From IMG/VR virus record IMGVR_UViG_3300034378_000239: a DNA stretch of 20,000 nucleotides. The stretch is one strand, 5' to 3'. Made by a program: the position numbers and the translations under genes. Positions 6,726 through 15,222 of this stretch are shown here, in pieces (within the stretch, counting starts at the first letter, position 1; every line of letters starts with the position of its first letter). This stretch comes from an uncultured virus (IMG/VR IMGVR_UViG_3300034378_000239) (lineage: Duplodnaviria > Heunggongvirae > Uroviricota > Caudoviricetes). A model generated the notes under the pieces. The model searched no databases. It had not been told where the DNA came from and was given only the letters and a program-made list of their open reading frames with translations.

Positions 6726-7429
6726 GGTCCTGTTTTTCTTGGGAAGCGATCCTCGAGATGCGCCTCGAGCTTGCGCTCGAGCTCGCTGTCGAGGTCGTAC
6801 GAGGCCCTGTGGATGGTCTCGAGGTCGATGCCCCAAAGCTCCTTTGCGCCCTCGGCGAGCAGGGTCGCGAAGTGGTCACCGTGGCGCTCACCAGCGGGTG
6901 CGGCGACGTGACACAGCTCGTGGAGCAAGAGTGCGAGCACGAGATGCCGGGGACACCGGCAGCCGAGTTCGAGGACGACGCGGAATCCGTTCGCCCGGCC
7001 GGAGCGGTAGGTCTCAATACCCTCGACATACCGCGCCCACATCTCCTTGCCGACGCGAGCCGGGCGAGGCTTCTTCACGCGCCGGATCCGAAGATCCAGC
7101 TCGATGTCCTCGCCGCCACCCAAGCCTCTCGGGAACACGCGTCTTCTCGTGAGGGTGCGGCAGATCTTGCGCAGCTCGGTGGGAACGTGCAGCCCGCTCA
7201 CGGTCTCGAGCTCCCGCGCTTTGGCCTGCTGGCGCTTGCGCTTGGTCTCACGCACATCACGCTTTTGAGCACGCTTGCGCTTGAGCACGGGGCAGCCGCG
7301 CTCGACCAGAACGCTCGCCTGTTTGGAGCACGGAAGGCAAAAGCGCGCGGTGGCGTTGCGGCGCGGCCTCGCGCCCAGAAGAACGCCATCGCCGCAGTTC
7401 GGGCAAACCCAGCGGTGCCGCTCGGTCAT
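6722..7429 (-). CDS. Zn-ribbon plus SprT/WLM-like zinc metallopeptidase domain protein
   Basis: CPNC...CLPC at the N-terminus; LLHELCHV (HExxH) followed by HGDHF. Confidence 0.7.
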   Translation of the reverse strand: MTERHRWVCPNCGDGVLLGARPRRNATARFCLPCSKQASVLVERGCPVLKRKRAQKRDVRETKRKRQQAKARELETVSGLHVPTELRKICRTLTRRRVFPRGLGGGEDIELDLRIRRVKKPRPARVGKEMWARYVEGIETYRSGRANGFRVVLELGCRCPRHLVLALLLHELCHVAAPAGERHGDHFATLLAEGAKELWGIDLETIHRASYDLDSELERKLEAHLEDRFPRKTGP

Positions 7430-7560
7430 GAGGAGCCATCCTTTGGCACCACGCAGGTCAGGGTGGCCCGGAGGATGCCGGTCACGAGGTATGCGAGCCC
7501 CGCGAACATGACGATGCCCGACCAGGCCGCGAGGGTATCGAGGGCGAGCGTGGTCACCAC
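7426..7560 (-). CDS. 44-aa single-TM peptide
   Basis: GGAGG-acagc-GTG start; hydrophobic stretch LAAWSGIVMFAGLAYLVTGIL; overlaps both neighbours. Confidence 0.55.
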   Translation of the reverse strand: MVTTLALDTLAAWSGIVMFAGLAYLVTGILRATLTCVVPKDGSS

Positions 7561-7832
7561 GCTGTCCTCCGGCCGCACTGGGCGCTGGTTACGTGCTCTT
7601 GGACGGCGATCGTGCAAGCGGCCGCTTGGGCTGCTCTTTGGGCTAGCTCGATGGTCGGCTCGCAGCCGCTTTTGGCTTTGCCTTGGCCTTTGGCGAGCCA
7701 GGTGAAGCAAAAGCCGCGGTCATGGATCATGGCGCGGACGTTTTTGGTCCGCATGCAGAAGAGCTGGTCGCCGTTCGGGGCTCTGGCCGGGTACCATTCG
7801 AACGACAGCATGCGTTGAGGCTTGAGCGTCAT
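7554..7832 (-). CDS. Small hypothetical phage protein (MTLKPQRML...)
   Basis: Purine-rich SD; starts 4 nt after the upstream stop. Confidence 0.6.
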   Translation of the reverse strand: MTLKPQRMLSFEWYPARAPNGDQLFCMRTKNVRAMIHDRGFCFTWLAKGQGKAKSGCEPTIELAQRAAQAAACTIAVQEHVTSAQCGRRTAW

Positions 7833-7836
7833 CGTC

Positions 7837-8037
7837 TCAGCCCTCTCTGACGATGCGGACGCACGCATCAGCGACGGCTTGGCCGTGCTCGGTCAGGGTA
7901 CCGTTTCGCCCGACGAACTTGGCGAGGTCGCTCCAGCTCGGGGCCCATGCGGGGATCCCGGCCACGCGCATGATGGCCAAGGCGGTTTGCGTGGAGCGGC
8001 TGAGGCTCCGCGCGATTTCGAACGGGTTTTGTTCCAT
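7837..8037 (-). CDS. 66-aa hypothetical protein, first gene of the leftward operon; paralog of the split gene
   Basis: Preceded by GGAAAGGACAGACACG-ATG and a promoter. Confidence 0.65.
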   Translation of the reverse strand: MEQNPFEIARSLSRSTQTALAIMRVAGIPAWAPSWSDLAKFVGRNGTLTEHGQAVADACVRIVREG

Positions 8038-8055
8038 CGTGTCTGTCCTTTCCAC

Positions 8056-8084
8056 ACGATACGACGCGCGGACCGTGAAGTCCA
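8056..8084 (-). promoter_or_regulatory. Putative sigma70-type promoter of the leftward early operon
   Basis: TGGACT-17 nt-TATCGT in the divergent intergenic region. Confidence 0.45.
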
Positions 8085-8226
8085 TTCACGTGCAATTCTC
8101 TTTTTCGTGGAGCAAAGACCTTTCGCGCACCCCGCGCAGACACGTTTCGCGTCCCCAAACGGGACCGCCGGGACAATGAATGAACGTGCTACGCTGGCGG
8201 TCCAAACGGGCGGAAGGACAGACACG

Positions 8227-8535
8227 ATGGCACGACAGAACGAAAAGGACGAGGTCGCCGCGGCGCTCGCGGACTTGGGCTTTCAGGCCGAGCACACTGG
8301 CGGCAACTGCATGGCCTACTTCCGGTATCTCGGCGCGGGGCCGATGGAGCCCCATCTCGTGATCACCGAGGGCTGCGATCCGATCCTGCCGGAAAGCTGG
8401 CGCTCTCCCGTGTTCCTCGGCAGGTACGAGTCCGCCGAGCACGGTGAGCCGAGCGCGTCCGAGGAGTACGAGACGGTGCGCTCGTTCATCGAGGCGGTGA
8501 AGGCTGGCGAGTCCGAGCTGGTCCGGGTATCCTGA
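8227..8535 (+). CDS. Hypothetical phage protein, 102 aa (GFxxxHTGGNCMA motif)
   Basis: GGAAGGACAGACACG-ATG start; extended -10 TGCTACGCT at 8187-8195. Confidence 0.7.
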   Translation: MARQNEKDEVAAALADLGFQAEHTGGNCMAYFRYLGAGPMEPHLVITEGCDPILPESWRSPVFLGRYESAEHGEPSASEEYETVRSFIEAVKAGESELVRVS

Positions 8536-8541
8536 CGGGGC

Positions 8542-9489
8542 ATGAGGATCGGCTCGCTGTTCTCTGGCATTGGTGGGCTCGACATCGGCCTGGAGCAGGC
8601 CACGGGCGGCCGGGTCGTTTGGATGTGCGAAAACGACCCATACGCGCGGCGCGTGCTCGCTCGCCACTTTCCCGACATGCCGTGCTACGATGACGTGAGG
8701 GACGTCGATGAAGGAGCTCCGGCCGTCGACCTCGTCTGTGGAGGCTTCCCCTGCCAGGACGTCAGCGCCGCAGGAAGCGGAGCCGGGATCAGAGGATCTC
8801 GCTCCGGTCTCTGGAGCGAATTTGCGCGGGTCGTTCGCGTGCTACGACCCGGCCTCGTCTTCGTGGAGAACGTGCCAGGTCTCGCTTCTCGGGGTCTCGG
8901 AGTCGTTCTCGGCGACCTGGCCGCGCTCGGGTACGATGCGGAGTGGGATTGCATCGGGGCGTGCTGCGTCGGCGCACCGCATCGACGGCTGCGCCTGTTC
9001 ATCCTTGCTGCCGACTCGGAGCGCGACATCGTACGGGACCTCGCAAAATGGGCAGCGCCCGGACGGCTCAACGTATCTCGGGGCCGGGAAGCCGTCCTTG
9101 GAGACGATGGCGCGAAAGGGGATGTGGCCGACGCCGACGGCCGGGGACGCGAAAGCCTCAGGCTCTCGGAACCTGCCCGGCTCGAAGGCGCATGCCGGAG
9201 TGAGCCTTACGGACGCGGTGAGGACGGGGAATTCGACGTCGCCGCGGCGGCAGCTCGTCCCGACATCGTGCGCGAGCGATGCGCTGGGTGGCCACGCAAA
9301 GAAGAAGCCGCGCGGGAGGCAAGGCTCGTTGTCGCTCAAGGAGCAGACGCCTGGCGCCTTGAACCCGACGTGGGTCGAGTGGCTCATGGGGTTGCCGCTC
9401 GGGTGGACCGACTGCGGAGCCTCGGGAACGCGGTCGTCCCGGCGCAGGTAGCGAAAGCCTGGGAGATCCTGATCCGAAGGATCGCTTAG
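8542..9489 (+). CDS. DNA (cytosine-5)-methyltransferase, catalytic chain
   Basis: Motif I LFSGIGG, IV GGFPCQD, VI ENVPG, VIII HRRLRLF, X RLRSLGNAVVP. Confidence 0.92.
   Translation: MRIGSLFSGIGGLDIGLEQATGGRVVWMCENDPYARRVLARHFPDMPCYDDVRDVDEGAPAVDLVCGGFPCQDVSAAGSGAGIRGSRSGLWSEFARVVRVLRPGLVFVENVPGLASRGLGVVLGDLAALGYDAEWDCIGACCVGAPHRRLRLFILAADSERDIVRDLAKWAAPGRLNVSRGREAVLGDDGAKGDVADADGRGRESLRLSEPARLEGACRSEPYGRGEDGEFDVAAAAARPDIVRERCAGWPRKEEAAREARLVVAQGADAWRLEPDVGRVAHGVAARVDRLRSLGNAVVPAQVAKAWEILIRRIA
8708..9451 (+). CDS. Nested +1-frame ORF: probable TRD/motif IX subunit of the C5 MTase (start uncertain)
   Basis: 247 open codons with LLPT, WPTPTAGDAK, SLTDAV and LNPTWVEWLMGLPLGWTD, which resemble the variable region and motif IX of phage C5 MTases. 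Confidence 0.6.
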   Translation: MKELRPSTSSVEASPARTSAPQEAEPGSEDLAPVSGANLRGSFACYDPASSSWRTCQVSLLGVSESFSATWPRSGTMRSGIASGRAASAHRIDGCACSSLLPTRSATSYGTSQNGQRPDGSTYLGAGKPSLETMARKGMWPTPTAGDAKASGSRNLPGSKAHAGVSLTDAVRTGNSTSPRRQLVPTSCASDALGGHAKKKPRGRQGSLSLKEQTPGALNPTWVEWLMGLPLGWTDCGASGTRSSRRR

Positions 9490-9600
9490 CGGCCTCTTTG
9501 AAACCGCTGGCTTTCCCCGGTCGGGTGGTCGGTGTCTTCGCGTCCTGGAGATCCGTCTTCGAGCCTTGGCGCGAACGGCCGCCCGTGGTAGCGTCGCGCC

Positions 9601-9795
9601 ATGAAAGATGAAGAGCTCCTCGAGCTGGCCAGGGGCGCGTTCGAACGCCTCGAAGACCTCGAAGACATCATGGCCGCGAGCGTGGTGCAGGCCCAGGGCG
9701 AAGAGCTGCCCAAAGAGGCCGAGGCCAGAGCGGACGCGTCGATGATCCGCCTGCTTTCGCGGGTCGCCAAGCGCCATCAGGGGCTGGGCGAGTAA
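9601..9795 (+). CDS. 64-aa helical hypothetical protein, probably leaderless
   Basis: TTGGCG-17-TAGCGT-6-ATG; GC3-rich codons. Confidence 0.65.
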   Translation: MKDEELLELARGAFERLEDLEDIMAASVVQAQGEELPKEAEARADASMIRLLSRVAKRHQGLGE

Positions 9796-9797
9796 AG

Positions 9798-10580
9798 TCA
9801 CTTTACGCGCCACGAATAGGGCGCGTCGCATTTCGGGTCCCAGAGCCTGGGAATCGGCTTGCCGCGACGGGCTCCGGTCCTCAAAGTCTCCCCCCCTCGT
9901 CCGCAGCCGAGCCCGAGCTCGTCGGCGAGCGGGATTGCGACCTTCTGCCAGATCCGCGAGCCCGGGTCGGAAACGCGCGATCGGTGCGCCTGCCGGTGCG
10001 CCCAGATCCGCTCAATGCGGCCTCCCTGGCGGTCGACCTCGGCGACATAGTACCTGACGAGCACACGAGCGACCCGAAGCTGCGCGTCGGTGGCTTCGAC
10101 CCGCAGGTCGGCTCTCGTCTTGCCGCGAGTGCGCTCGCGTTTCGATAGCCAGAACGTGCGGGGGTCGCTTTCGACGCCGTCGGCCCTGGCCGAGATCTCG
10201 ATGCCGATGGTGAAGTCATTGGCGGCGTGGCCATGCCACACGACCGCGGTGATCGGGTGAAGCAGCACGAGGTCCGCATCGGCGGTCACGCCGCCATGCG
10301 CAGGCACTCCGAGAAAGCGCGAGGCGCCGGAAAGCACGCACGCGGTTTGGTGAAGGCAGATCCCCGTGACCGCCCCGATGCCCCTTTTGCCGCGCGACCG
10401 CCCTCGCCTCTTGGCGCCCGTTCGCGGCCTTTTGCGGAGGTCGATGACGTTGGCCGAGCGCCGAAGCTCGGAAAGGGGAGAGGCAGTCTCGGGCCCGTCG
10501 TCCTCGGAGCCCGGCCCCTCGGCCATGCCGCCCAGGACCCACTTCGCGAGATCGATGAGGCCGCAGCGCAAGGTGAGCAT
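9798..10580 (-). CDS. N-acetylmuramoyl-L-alanine amidase (Amidase_2-like), candidate endolysin
   Basis: GICLHQTA, PAHGGV, WHGHAANDFTIGIEI and AHRQ...DPG match the Zn-amidase pattern. Confidence 0.8.
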   Translation of the reverse strand: MLTLRCGLIDLAKWVLGGMAEGPGSEDDGPETASPLSELRRSANVIDLRKRPRTGAKRRGRSRGKRGIGAVTGICLHQTACVLSGASRFLGVPAHGGVTADADLVLLHPITAVVWHGHAANDFTIGIEISARADGVESDPRTFWLSKRERTRGKTRADLRVEATDAQLRVARVLVRYYVAEVDRQGGRIERIWAHRQAHRSRVSDPGSRIWQKVAIPLADELGLGCGRGGETLRTGARRGKPIPRLWDPKCDAPYSWRVK

Positions 10581-10604
10581 GGGCCGCGCCCGAAAGAAGC
10601 CAGG

Positions 10605-11120
10605 CTAGCCCAAGAGGCCGGCGTCGGCGACCTTGTCGATCAGGCGCCTTTTGATCCGCCGCCAGGCCACGGCGTAGAGGCTATTCGAATACTTGAGGCC
10701 CTTGGGCCCTCTCGGGTAGGCGACCCAAAAGGCGAGGTTCGTGACCCAGTTGATCGGGAGCTGGTCTTCGTTTTGGTCCTGAAAGCAGCGATTTACGGCG
10801 GCGCCCCCGTGGGCCCTCCGCAGAAGATCGGCCGCCGTGCTGCAGCGCACCATCTTTTCCTCGAGCGTCAGCCCCTCGGCCCTCATGATGCCGTCTGCGA
10901 GGTCATCGACGATCTTGTTTTCGTCGGGGTTCTTCTCGTACGGCTCGCCCAATGGCTCTTCGGGGCGCGGGCCGGGGCCGGGCCGGGGCTCGGGCTGGTC
11001 CCCCTTCACGTCGGGATCGGTGAGGGGCGCGCTCGGGCGCTTCGTCGCCTTGTAGACGAATGCGCCCACGACCACGCCGAGAAGGATCAGGGGAACGAGG
11101 GGAGCGGCTGCGACGAGCAT
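10605..11120 (-). CDS. Membrane-anchored protein with a Pro-rich linker
   Basis: N-terminal TM helix followed by K/R residues and PEPRPGPGPRPEEP; similar to 15844..16281. Confidence 0.7.
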   Translation of the reverse strand: MLVAAAPLVPLILLGVVVGAFVYKATKRPSAPLTDPDVKGDQPEPRPGPGPRPEEPLGEPYEKNPDENKIVDDLADGIMRAEGLTLEEKMVRCSTAADLLRRAHGGAAVNRCFQDQNEDQLPINWVTNLAFWVAYPRGPKGLKYSNSLYAVAWRRIKRRLIDKVADAGLLG

Positions 11121-11151
11121 GACCAAAGCCTACCACGTGGCGAGATCGCCG

Positions 11152-11688
11152 TCAGTAGCCCTCCTGGAAAGTCTTTCCGTATTCGGGACAGATCCGTCCG
11201 TAGCAGCGCCATGCCTCGTCGGGCGTGCCGTAGCGGCGCTTGATGTAGCTCAGCATGCCCGCGGCTTCCTCGACGGCGACACCGATCCCCAGACGGCCGC
11301 TCGGGTAGTGAGCATCGACGTTGCGGATAATGAGCTGACCGAGGCCGGTCGCCGATGAGTGGTCCGGCAGAACATTGCGCCGAAGCTCGTCATGGACCTC
11401 GGCCCAGCGCGTCTTGTCTTTCGACCGGTCGCCGTACTGGTAGTTCGGGATCCCGACCCAGCCATCGCTCTCACTCGTTAGGATCCGAATGAGCGAGTGG
11501 CTGGAGGCCCAAGACGGTGGCACTCCGATCATTCTCGCGGCCTGCTCGAACACGCGGATCTGGTCGGGCGACCCCGGAACGAGGCGGCATGGTACGAAGC
11601 GGCGCCGACCGGAGAGCGCCTCGGCGAGCTTGAGGCCCAAAAACGTGCCAGCGGCCACGAGCACGATGGCGGCTGCAGGGACGGCCAT
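11152..11688 (-). CDS. Membrane-anchored lytic transglycosylase (SLT/lysozyme-like fold)
   Basis: TM N-terminus; ILTSES (catalytic Glu), SATGLGQL, YIKRRYG. ATG overlaps the upstream stop (TGATG). Only the last 178 aa of ORF 11152..13521 are taken as real. Confidence 0.8.
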   Translation of the reverse strand: MAVPAAAIVLVAAGTFLGLKLAEALSGRRRFVPCRLVPGSPDQIRVFEQAARMIGVPPSWASSHSLIRILTSESDGWVGIPNYQYGDRSKDKTRWAEVHDELRRNVLPDHSSATGLGQLIIRNVDAHYPSGRLGIGVAVEEAAGMLSYIKRRYGTPDEAWRCYGRICPEYGKTFQEGY

Positions 11689-12458
11689 CAGACGAGCTCC
11701 CCCAAATAGGCATTCACTACGCGCCTCCAGCTGCGGGCCATGTCCGATGAGACCGAATGACCGACGGGGAAGGCGCTCAAATCGATCGGTGCACCTCGAC
11801 CCCTCATGCGGTCGACCTCGGCCTTGGTGCGCTCGTACGGGATCACGCGGTCCTCGGTGCCGTGAAAGGCGGTGGTTCGGGCCATGCTTTTTCGCCAAAG
11901 CGGCCTCGGGATCCAGCCGATTGCCGGAACCGCGGCATGCACGAGGCTCGGGTAGAGGTTGGCCATGAGATAGGACATCGAGGCGCCCTGCGAGCTGCCG
12001 GTCACGATGGGTCTGCCGATCGTGGGGCGACATCGCCTGATCGCACGAAGGAACTTCGCAACCAGCTTTCCGGTCTGGCGCATCTGGGCCTCGAGTTCCT
12101 CTTGGTCGCTGGTTCGCGCCGGCAGCGCGAACCACGATCGCTTGCCAGCGAGTGTGCCGGGCCCCTCGGGAAGGATCACGCGGGCCGGGGAATGGAGATT
12201 GCCATGAAAGCCCGCAAAGCCCTCGGGCGTGGCCGCGCGCGAATGGAAGACCACGACCATCGGCAACCTTTCGTCCGCGGCTGCGCCAGCGGACCGGCGC
12301 TCGAGATAGCGGAGGCCGGCGACCTCTCCGCCGCGGTCCGAGACCTGGTCGCACGAGACCTCCTCGTCCTTTCGCAAGCTTTTTGCCAGCACGTATCCCC
12401 CCAAGATGCTCAGGCCCCCGTAAAGGAGAAGACGCGTCTCGCGCTTGGTCAGCGGCAC
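11688..12458 (-). CDS. Membrane-anchored alpha/beta hydrolase (phospholipase/carboxylesterase family)
   Basis: GSSQGA nucleophile elbow, FHGTEDRVIP (Asp) and GHSVS (His); N-terminal TM. Confidence 0.85.
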   Translation of the reverse strand: MPLTKRETRLLLYGGLSILGGYVLAKSLRKDEEVSCDQVSDRGGEVAGLRYLERRSAGAAADERLPMVVVFHSRAATPEGFAGFHGNLHSPARVILPEGPGTLAGKRSWFALPARTSDQEELEAQMRQTGKLVAKFLRAIRRCRPTIGRPIVTGSSQGASMSYLMANLYPSLVHAAVPAIGWIPRPLWRKSMARTTAFHGTEDRVIPYERTKAEVDRMRGRGAPIDLSAFPVGHSVSSDMARSWRRVVNAYLGELV

Positions 12459-12507
12459 GAGAATATCCTAACACGCGGCGTTTTCGGGTGCATGGTAGAC
12501 TCGTGGC

Positions 12508-13092
12508 ATGTGGGGCTTCATCGCCGGGGTGCTGACCACGGCCGGCTTCGTGGGCTGGGCAGGTAGACGCAAGCTCCCCAAGATCAAGGGGCTCCGCCAG
12601 ATCCCGGGCTACCCGACCAAGCTCCTGATCTGGGAGACCAAAAAGAACGACCTCCACTCGCGCCTCGCCAACGTAGCCGGCGGCCGCCACGGCGTGTCCC
12701 ACGTCACCGTCGATCTGGGCGAAGTCGATGGGAAGGGCAGGCGGCTGATGGTCGACTGCCTTCCTTCGCGCGGCGTCGTACGGATCCCGAGAAACAAGTA
12801 CGGCCGGCGCCGGCACGCGACGATCGTGCTTTCGGGCGAGGACGGGCGCGAGACCGCAGGCGCGATCAAGGCCAAGATCGGGCTGCCCTACGATTCGCTG
12901 GCCATGCTCTCGGGCCTCGGGACCTCGGACATGATCACGTGCTCGACCCTCGTTTACTCGAGCCTGCCCGAGCGTCTGAAGGCAAAGGTCAAAAGCACCC
13001 GCGCCAAGGGACAAATAGGCGTGGCGTGCACACCGTCGCAGCTTCTCTTCGCATTTGGGGCCGAGCTCGACGGGGCGCCCGTCGTGATCTGA
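12508..13092 (+). CDS. Membrane-anchored permuted papain-like (YaeF/YiiX-type NlpC/P60) enzyme
   Basis: His before Cys: SHVTV ... IGLPYD ... TCSTLVY; N-terminal TM. Confidence 0.7.
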   Translation: MWGFIAGVLTTAGFVGWAGRRKLPKIKGLRQIPGYPTKLLIWETKKNDLHSRLANVAGGRHGVSHVTVDLGEVDGKGRRLMVDCLPSRGVVRIPRNKYGRRRHATIVLSGEDGRETAGAIKAKIGLPYDSLAMLSGLGTSDMITCSTLVYSSLPERLKAKVKSTRAKGQIGVACTPSQLLFAFGAELDGAPVVI

Positions 13093-13103
13093 CAATTCGG
13101 GTG

Positions 13104-14237
13104 CTAGCCCTCGGCGAACGCGTGCCGAACGGGCGCGAGCGGGCTTCGCTCGAGACGCGCGACCACCCTCGAGATCTGCGCGATCGCAATGTCGACGTCC
13201 TTGCGTTTGGTGAAGCGACCGAGCGAGACCCGGAGCACGGCGTCGCGTATGCCCATGGCCTTCATCACGTGGCTCGGTCCATCGGCCGCGCACGCCGATC
13301 CGGCCGAGCAGCAGATCCGCTGGCACACGAACGTGAGCAAGCGGTCGCCGTCGAGGCCGGGGAAGCGTAGACACGTGATCCCCGGGACCCGGGGTGCGTT
13401 CTGGCCCGCGATCCGCACGCCGAGCTTCTCGACGAGCCGGTCGCGAAGCGCCCCGAGGCGCCTTTCTTCGGCCGGAAGGTTCTTTTGGGCGAGGCGCACG
13501 GCCTCCGCGAACCCGACGCACGCCGGCGTGTTCGATGTGCCGGCGCGCATGCGCATTTCCTGGCGGCCGCCCACGATCTGCGGAACGATCTTGACACCCT
13601 CGCGAACGAACAGCACCCCGATCCCCTTCGGGCCGTAGGCCTTGTGGCTCGAGAGCGAAACGAGGTCGAGGCCGGCGACGTCGAGCTCGATACGACCCAG
13701 GGCCTGGGCGGCATCGACGTGAAAGAGCGCGCCGACCTTGCGACAGATCCTCGAGATCGCGCGAAGTGGCTGGAGCACGCCGGTCTCGTTGTTTATGGCC
13801 ATGACCGAAACGAGCGACCCGGGCCGGGCCACCTCCTCGATGAGGGCCGGGTCGACCAGGCCTTCGCGATCGACCGGGAGCACGTCGAGATCCGCGCCGC
13901 GCCTTTCGATGACCTCACCCGACCCCAAGATCGCCTTGTGCTCGGTGGCCACGGTCACGAGGTGCGGGTCCAGGGCGCCATCCGCGTACCCCTGGACGGC
14001 GAGGTTGTCGGCCTCGGTGGCGCCCGAGCAGAACACGACCTCGTGCGGCTTGGCGCCGATGGCGCTGGCGATCTCCTTGCGCGCGCGCGCCACGGCGTCG
14101 TGCGAGCTTTTGCCCTCGGGATGGGATGCGGCCGCGTTGGCGGCGCTGAGCCAGGGCGCCATGGTGGCGGCCACGCGCTTGTCGAGGGGGCACGTGGCCG
14201 CATAGTCCAGATACGGCCGCTCGTTGCACCTACGCAC
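13104..14237 (-). CDS. iscS: Cysteine desulfurase (IscS/NifS group I, PLP-dependent)
   Basis: YLDYAAT, SGATEADN, TEHKA, NNETG, FHVDAAQ, SSHKAYGPKG (PLP Lys), RAGT and SAGSAC (catalytic Cys). GGAGG SD before GTG 14237. Confidence 0.92.
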   Translation of the reverse strand: MRRCNERPYLDYAATCPLDKRVAATMAPWLSAANAAASHPEGKSSHDAVARARKEIASAIGAKPHEVVFCSGATEADNLAVQGYADGALDPHLVTVATEHKAILGSGEVIERRGADLDVLPVDREGLVDPALIEEVARPGSLVSVMAINNETGVLQPLRAISRICRKVGALFHVDAAQALGRIELDVAGLDLVSLSSHKAYGPKGIGVLFVREGVKIVPQIVGGRQEMRMRAGTSNTPACVGFAEAVRLAQKNLPAEERRLGALRDRLVEKLGVRIAGQNAPRVPGITCLRFPGLDGDRLLTFVCQRICCSAGSACAADGPSHVMKAMGIRDAVLRVSLGRFTKRKDVDIAIAQISRVVARLERSPLAPVRHAFAEG

Positions 14238-14544
14238 GCTCGCCCCGCCTCCTCCGGGTGGTGGTACCCCAGATCGTGGGAAGCAGCACAGAGCCTCCCA
14301 GGGCCGCAGAGAGGCTGGTGGCCTCGAGCGCGTACGAGCCGCTCGCTGCAGCACCACCGCCGAGCAGGAGGGCGTAAAGACCCGAGATCGCGTTCTCCGA
14401 GCGCAGCCTTTGCGTGCCCTCCAGAAGCGCGAAGGAAAACGCCGTCAAACAGCCGAGCGCGAGCGCGCTCAAAGGGCCGGTGGCGAGCAGGCCCAAAAGG
14501 CCGCAAGTAGCGCCCGCGATCGCATAGTAGGCGAGCCACCTCAC
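14230..14544 (-). CDS. Small multi-pass membrane protein, 104 aa
   Basis: 3-4 hydrophobic segments and a basic tail; GTGA overlap with the MTase stop. Confidence 0.6.
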   Translation of the reverse strand: MRWLAYYAIAGATCGLLGLLATGPLSALALGCLTAFSFALLEGTQRLRSENAISGLYALLLGGGAAASGSYALEATSLSAALGGSVLLPTIWGTTTRRRRGERA

Positions 14545-15222
14545 AGGGAGGAGAATACCATGGCCACGCGAAGCCTGGTTTCTGCGAGGCGGAAGGCGCG
14601 CGAGTCGATCTCCCCGCCCGAAAAGCGCCTGCCCTCGCGCAAGCAAGCGACGCCCGTGGTACCCGCGCCCGCGCACGGGTCGCACACGAGCTCGCCCGGT
14701 CGACTGTAGTCGCGCACGATCGCACGCATGAGCACCTCGGGCTTGTCACCCGGGATCACGGGACGCGCGCTTCGCTTGACCACATACGCGCCGGGCAGCG
14801 TGCCCCACGCGGCCATTTTTCTCGTACGTGGTCTGGCCACGATGAGCCACACCGTCCAGCTCGACGGGCCGTCGCCGCGTAGCCGAACTCGCGACCCACG
14901 GATCACGCACGGGATCGGTGCGAACACGTAGCGTCCGACCGCGCCGAGCCCCCGTTCCCAGTGCGGAGCGAGCACGTGATCCGTGAGCACGCACACCCAT
15001 CCGCGCGCGACCTCTGCGAAAAGGCGCGCCGCGCGAAGGACCTCCTCCTCCCCCCAGAACCCGAAACCGATCGGCGCGCGTCCGGCCCCCGTCGCCCCGC
15101 GATCATGACCACCGTGAGTGCGCGCGCTGTACGGCGGATCAGTGATCAGGTGGTCGCAAGAGGCGCGCGAAAAGCCCGCGTCCGGAGAGAAGAGATCTCC
15201 CCTCTTCAGGATCCAATCAGGC
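14541..15222 (-). CDS. DNA N4-cytosine/N6-adenine methyltransferase (beta class); start codon unclear
   Basis: LITDPPY (motif IV) precedes KPEVLM and LVCDPCAGAGTT (motif I). Confidence 0.8.

Larger units (their letters stand above)
4454..8229. repeat. Start-associated repeat GGA(A)AGGACAGACACGATG (3 copies)
   Basis: 4454-4472 (+), 8035-8053 (-) and 8212-8229 (+); the 16-nt core AAGGACAGACACGATG is identical in all three. Confidence 0.75.

Noticed and set aside
5811..6836. 341-aa ORF as one natural gene
   Set aside because: It contains three SD-plus-start modules (6725, 6359, 6146) and an insertion junction, so it is better explained as an accidental fusion.
11689..13521. 789-aa ORF 11152..13521 as a single protein
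   Set aside because: The upstream 611 codons are Arg/Pro/Gly-rich shadow sequence overlapping three motif-supported genes; only the last 178 aa look real.
13104..14237. Complete dnd/ssp phosphorothioation system or isc/suf operon
   Set aside because: No partner genes are recognisable in the window.
8542..15222. Restriction-modification systems
   Set aside because: No endonuclease motifs are recognisable beside either MTase; both look like orphan phage MTases.
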